From positions 1-27,120 of the IMG/VR virus record IMGVR_UViG_3300035665_000200: 27,120 nt of DNA; one strand, 5' to 3'. This DNA comes from a virus. Its lineage: Duplodnaviria; Caudoviricetes. The notes under the pieces were generated by a model. That model was given only the letters and a program-made list of their open reading frames with translations, searched no databases and was not told the origin of the DNA. Both the position numbers and the translations under genes were made by a program. Below, piece after piece: positions 24,738 to 27,120 of this stretch. Each line of letters starts with the position of its first letter. Within the stretch, counting starts at the first letter, position 1.

Positions 24738-26056
24738 TGGCAACTAAAACAATTGTCAGTGATCAAAGTAAAACTCCTGTTGGAAGTCAAAAAACAGAAT
24801 TATATACTAGAACAAGGATCACATATTCATTAGATCAAAATGGAAAGGTAGATTCAAATTCAATAAAACAAGAAATATTATATCAACAAGTACCAGGAGA
24901 TCCCCCAGTAATTGCTGCAACAAGAACTGGCGCAACTGGAGATTTTACTTTTACTAAGAACAGTTTTACTGGAGAAACATATTTTGGAGCAGATGCTCAA
25001 AAGTCTCTTAAAGAAGGGGCACTAAAAACTACTACACAACAACAAATAAACACTGCATCTAAAAAAGAAGGATTAACACCAGAACAAACTAAAGCAGTAT
25101 CAGGGTCTTCTAATGCAGCAACATCAACAGAAACAGGAGACCCAATAACCAATGAAGATAGAAAATTTTTTGAGGGAGAAAGAGAAAGTATAGAAAAAAA
25201 TCAAAGACAAAAATATGACGATGTAATTTATCCTGAAGGATTAAAATTAGAATATCAAGATTGTATCAAATTCTCAATTGTAAAATATCAACAATCTGGA
25301 TTAAGACCTTTTGGTTCACAAGATCCAAACTTGAGAAGAGTAATTCTTGAAAATGGAGTACCTTTAATTAAAGAAAGACAGAGATTAGCAACGATAGTGT
25401 TACCAATACCAGGAGGAATTCAAGATTCAAATCAAGTTGTATGGTCATCATCAGAATTAAATGATATTCAACAAGCATTTGGTAATCTTGCACAAACTGG
25501 GATAATGGGAGGAAATTTTGCAGAAGAAGCAAAAAAATCAGCTGAAGCAGCTACAAAACCAGGCAGTGGAGTTAGAACTGCATTTATATCAAAATTAACA
25601 GAAAGTGCTATTGGGCAAGGTAATTTAATGCAAAGACAGTTTGGAACCATCATAAATCCAAACTTAGAATTACTTTTTAATTCTCCAGGCCTTCGTCAGT
25701 TTTCCTTTAGTTTTAAATTATCACCACGTTCAAAAACTGAAGCAGAAATAGTTAGAAAAATTATTAGAAATTTTAAACAAGCAATGTCGGTAAAAAGATC
25801 TACTTCTTCATTTTTATTACAAACACCACATACCTTTGCAATTTCTTATATTTTTAAAAACAAAGATCATCCATACTTAAATAAATTTAAAGAGTGTGCA
25901 TTAACAAATTGTAATGTAAATTACACTCCAGAAGCAACATATATGTCCTTTGAAGATGGAGCAATGGTTTCATACCAACTTGATTTAACTTTCCAAGAAC
26001 TTGAGCCAATTTATGATGATGATTATGGTAGTGGATACACCAACATAGGTTACTAA
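24737..26056 (+). CDS. gp48: Baseplate tail tube cap gp48
   Basis: IVLPIPGGIQDSNQVVW...INPNLELLFNSPGLRQFSFSFKLSPRS..EA...KECALTNCNVNYTP...LDLTFQELEPIY; ATG 24737 preferred to TTG 24734. Confidence 0.88.
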   Translation: MATKTIVSDQSKTPVGSQKTELYTRTRITYSLDQNGKVDSNSIKQEILYQQVPGDPPVIAATRTGATGDFTFTKNSFTGETYFGADAQKSLKEGALKTTTQQQINTASKKEGLTPEQTKAVSGSSNAATSTETGDPITNEDRKFFEGERESIEKNQRQKYDDVIYPEGLKLEYQDCIKFSIVKYQQSGLRPFGSQDPNLRRVILENGVPLIKERQRLATIVLPIPGGIQDSNQVVWSSSELNDIQQAFGNLAQTGIMGGNFAEEAKKSAEAATKPGSGVRTAFISKLTESAIGQGNLMQRQFGTIINPNLELLFNSPGLRQFSFSFKLSPRSKTEAEIVRKIIRNFKQAMSVKRSTSSFLLQTPHTFAISYIFKNKDHPYLNKFKECALTNCNVNYTPEATYMSFEDGAMVSYQLDLTFQELEPIYDDDYGSGYTNIGY

Positions 26057-26057
26057 A

Positions 26058-26726
26058 ATGCCAAGTTACTTCCGCCAAGTTCCAAACTTTGAATACGTTA
26101 GCAGACTTCCAGATGCTAAGATTGGAGACTATGCTCCTCTTAAAAATCTATTCAAGAAAGGAAAATTAAGAGAAGATATTTTTCAAAACTTAGCATTCTT
26201 CACCAAGTATCAGATCAAAGGTAATGATCGTCCAGATAATGTAGCATATGAAGTTTATCAAGACTCCAGTTTAGATTGGGTGATTCTTTTATGCAACAAT
26301 ATCGTAAATATTCAAACAGAATGGCCATTACCTCAACAACAATTTGATGATTTGATACTATCCAAATACGGAGATTATGAAACTCTATATGGAGGTATTC
26401 ATCATTACGAAACAACAGAAATTAAAAATAGTCAAGATGTAATTATTGTTCCTGGAGGACTTCAAGTTTCATCACCATACTCTATAAGTTTTTATGATTA
26501 TTTTATTGATCAACAAGTTGATAGTGGAAATATAGCAGTTCCAGTCACAAACTATGAATATGAAGAAAAACTAGAAAACGATAAAAGAAATATTTTTGTT
26601 TTAAAATCCCAATACTTAAATGTTGTTTTGAATGATATGGACGAAATTATGCCTTATAAAAAAGGGTCCTCACAGTATGTTAGTGAGGACCTTAAGAGAG
26701 GAGATAATATTAAACTTTACTCTTAA
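26058..26726 (+). CDS. gp53: Baseplate wedge subunit gp53
   Basis: YFRQVPNFEY...DRPDNVAYEVYQDSSLDWVILLCNNI...EWPL...IHHYET...VTNYEYE...NDKRNI. Confidence 0.92.
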   Translation: MPSYFRQVPNFEYVSRLPDAKIGDYAPLKNLFKKGKLREDIFQNLAFFTKYQIKGNDRPDNVAYEVYQDSSLDWVILLCNNIVNIQTEWPLPQQQFDDLILSKYGDYETLYGGIHHYETTEIKNSQDVIIVPGGLQVSSPYSISFYDYFIDQQVDSGNIAVPVTNYEYEEKLENDKRNIFVLKSQYLNVVLNDMDEIMPYKKGSSQYVSEDLKRGDNIKLYS

Positions 26727-27120
26727 TCATTCGTCAGCAAGACGAGAGAAATATGCAAGAGCATCATCTTCATCGTCATCCATCTCTTTGGTGACAACGG
26801 GAAGTGAAGGGGACTTAGAACGAGCATAGGACTCTTCAAGTTCCTTTACAACAGCACTCTCAACATTGTTCTCCGAGTAATCATCGTACTCAGTTTCTTC
26901 TTCAACAGAAGAACGAGAAGAACCTTTCTGTCCAAGTACATACCTCAGACGCTTTTCAAGTTCTTCATAAGACTTGAATTGATCGGGAGCAGTTACAGCA
27001 GCAAGAGAATACTCTTTCTTCCAGATTGCTTCCAGAGCATCATCATCGTCCAGCAGAGGTTCCACAGAACCAAACTCAGACTTGTCGTAGTTCCAATAAC
27101 CATCCTTCTTCACAATCTTC
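26727..27120 (-). CDS. gp32: Single-stranded DNA-binding protein gp32, C-terminal part (5'-truncated)
   Basis: KIVKKDGYWNYDKSEF...QFKSYEELEKRL and acidic tail DDDEDDALAYFSRLADE; the frame continues off the window. Confidence 0.93.
   Translation of the reverse strand, partial: KIVKKDGYWNYDKSEFGSVEPLLDDDDALEAIWKKEYSLAAVTAPDQFKSYEELEKRLRYVLGQKGSSRSSVEEETEYDDYSENNVESAVVKELEESYARSKSPSLPVVTKEMDDDEDDALAYFSRLADE

Noticed and set aside
1-27120. Stop-codon reassignment, introns or inteins
   Set aside because: Core genes are intact in the standard code, TAA/TAG/TGA all end genes, the UAA anticodon reads Leu UUA and is not a suppressor, and no splice motifs were seen

Overview
AT-rich segment of a T4-like cyanophage (myovirus) genome. 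CP12 and T4-type core genes point to a cyanobacterial host. Right to left it holds: the 3' end of gp32 (SSB); a + strand gp4-gp2-gp48-gp53 block; a long - strand baseplate/tail block (tube initiator, gp26, unannotated gp51, two tape-measure-like proteins, gp27-like hub, cp12, a gp5 locus in three ORFs with a PA14-repeat middle part, two paralogous chaperone-domain proteins); a small island under a sigma70-type promoter (small ORFs, tRNA-Leu(UAA), tRNA-Thr(UGU), a Mom-like DNA-modification enzyme); and the first 1681 codons of a giant tail-fibre-like ORF absent from the ORF track. Three signals stand out. (1) A T-TTT-TTC slippery site plus hairpin would fuse gp26 to gp51 by -1 frameshifting, like lambda G/GT. 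(2) A candidate ~60-nt sRNA has its own promoter and cUUCGg terminator and carries an anti-Shine-Dalgarno tract. (3) The Mom-like enzyme suggests adenine hypermodification. All homology calls come from motif recognition by eye; no searches were run.
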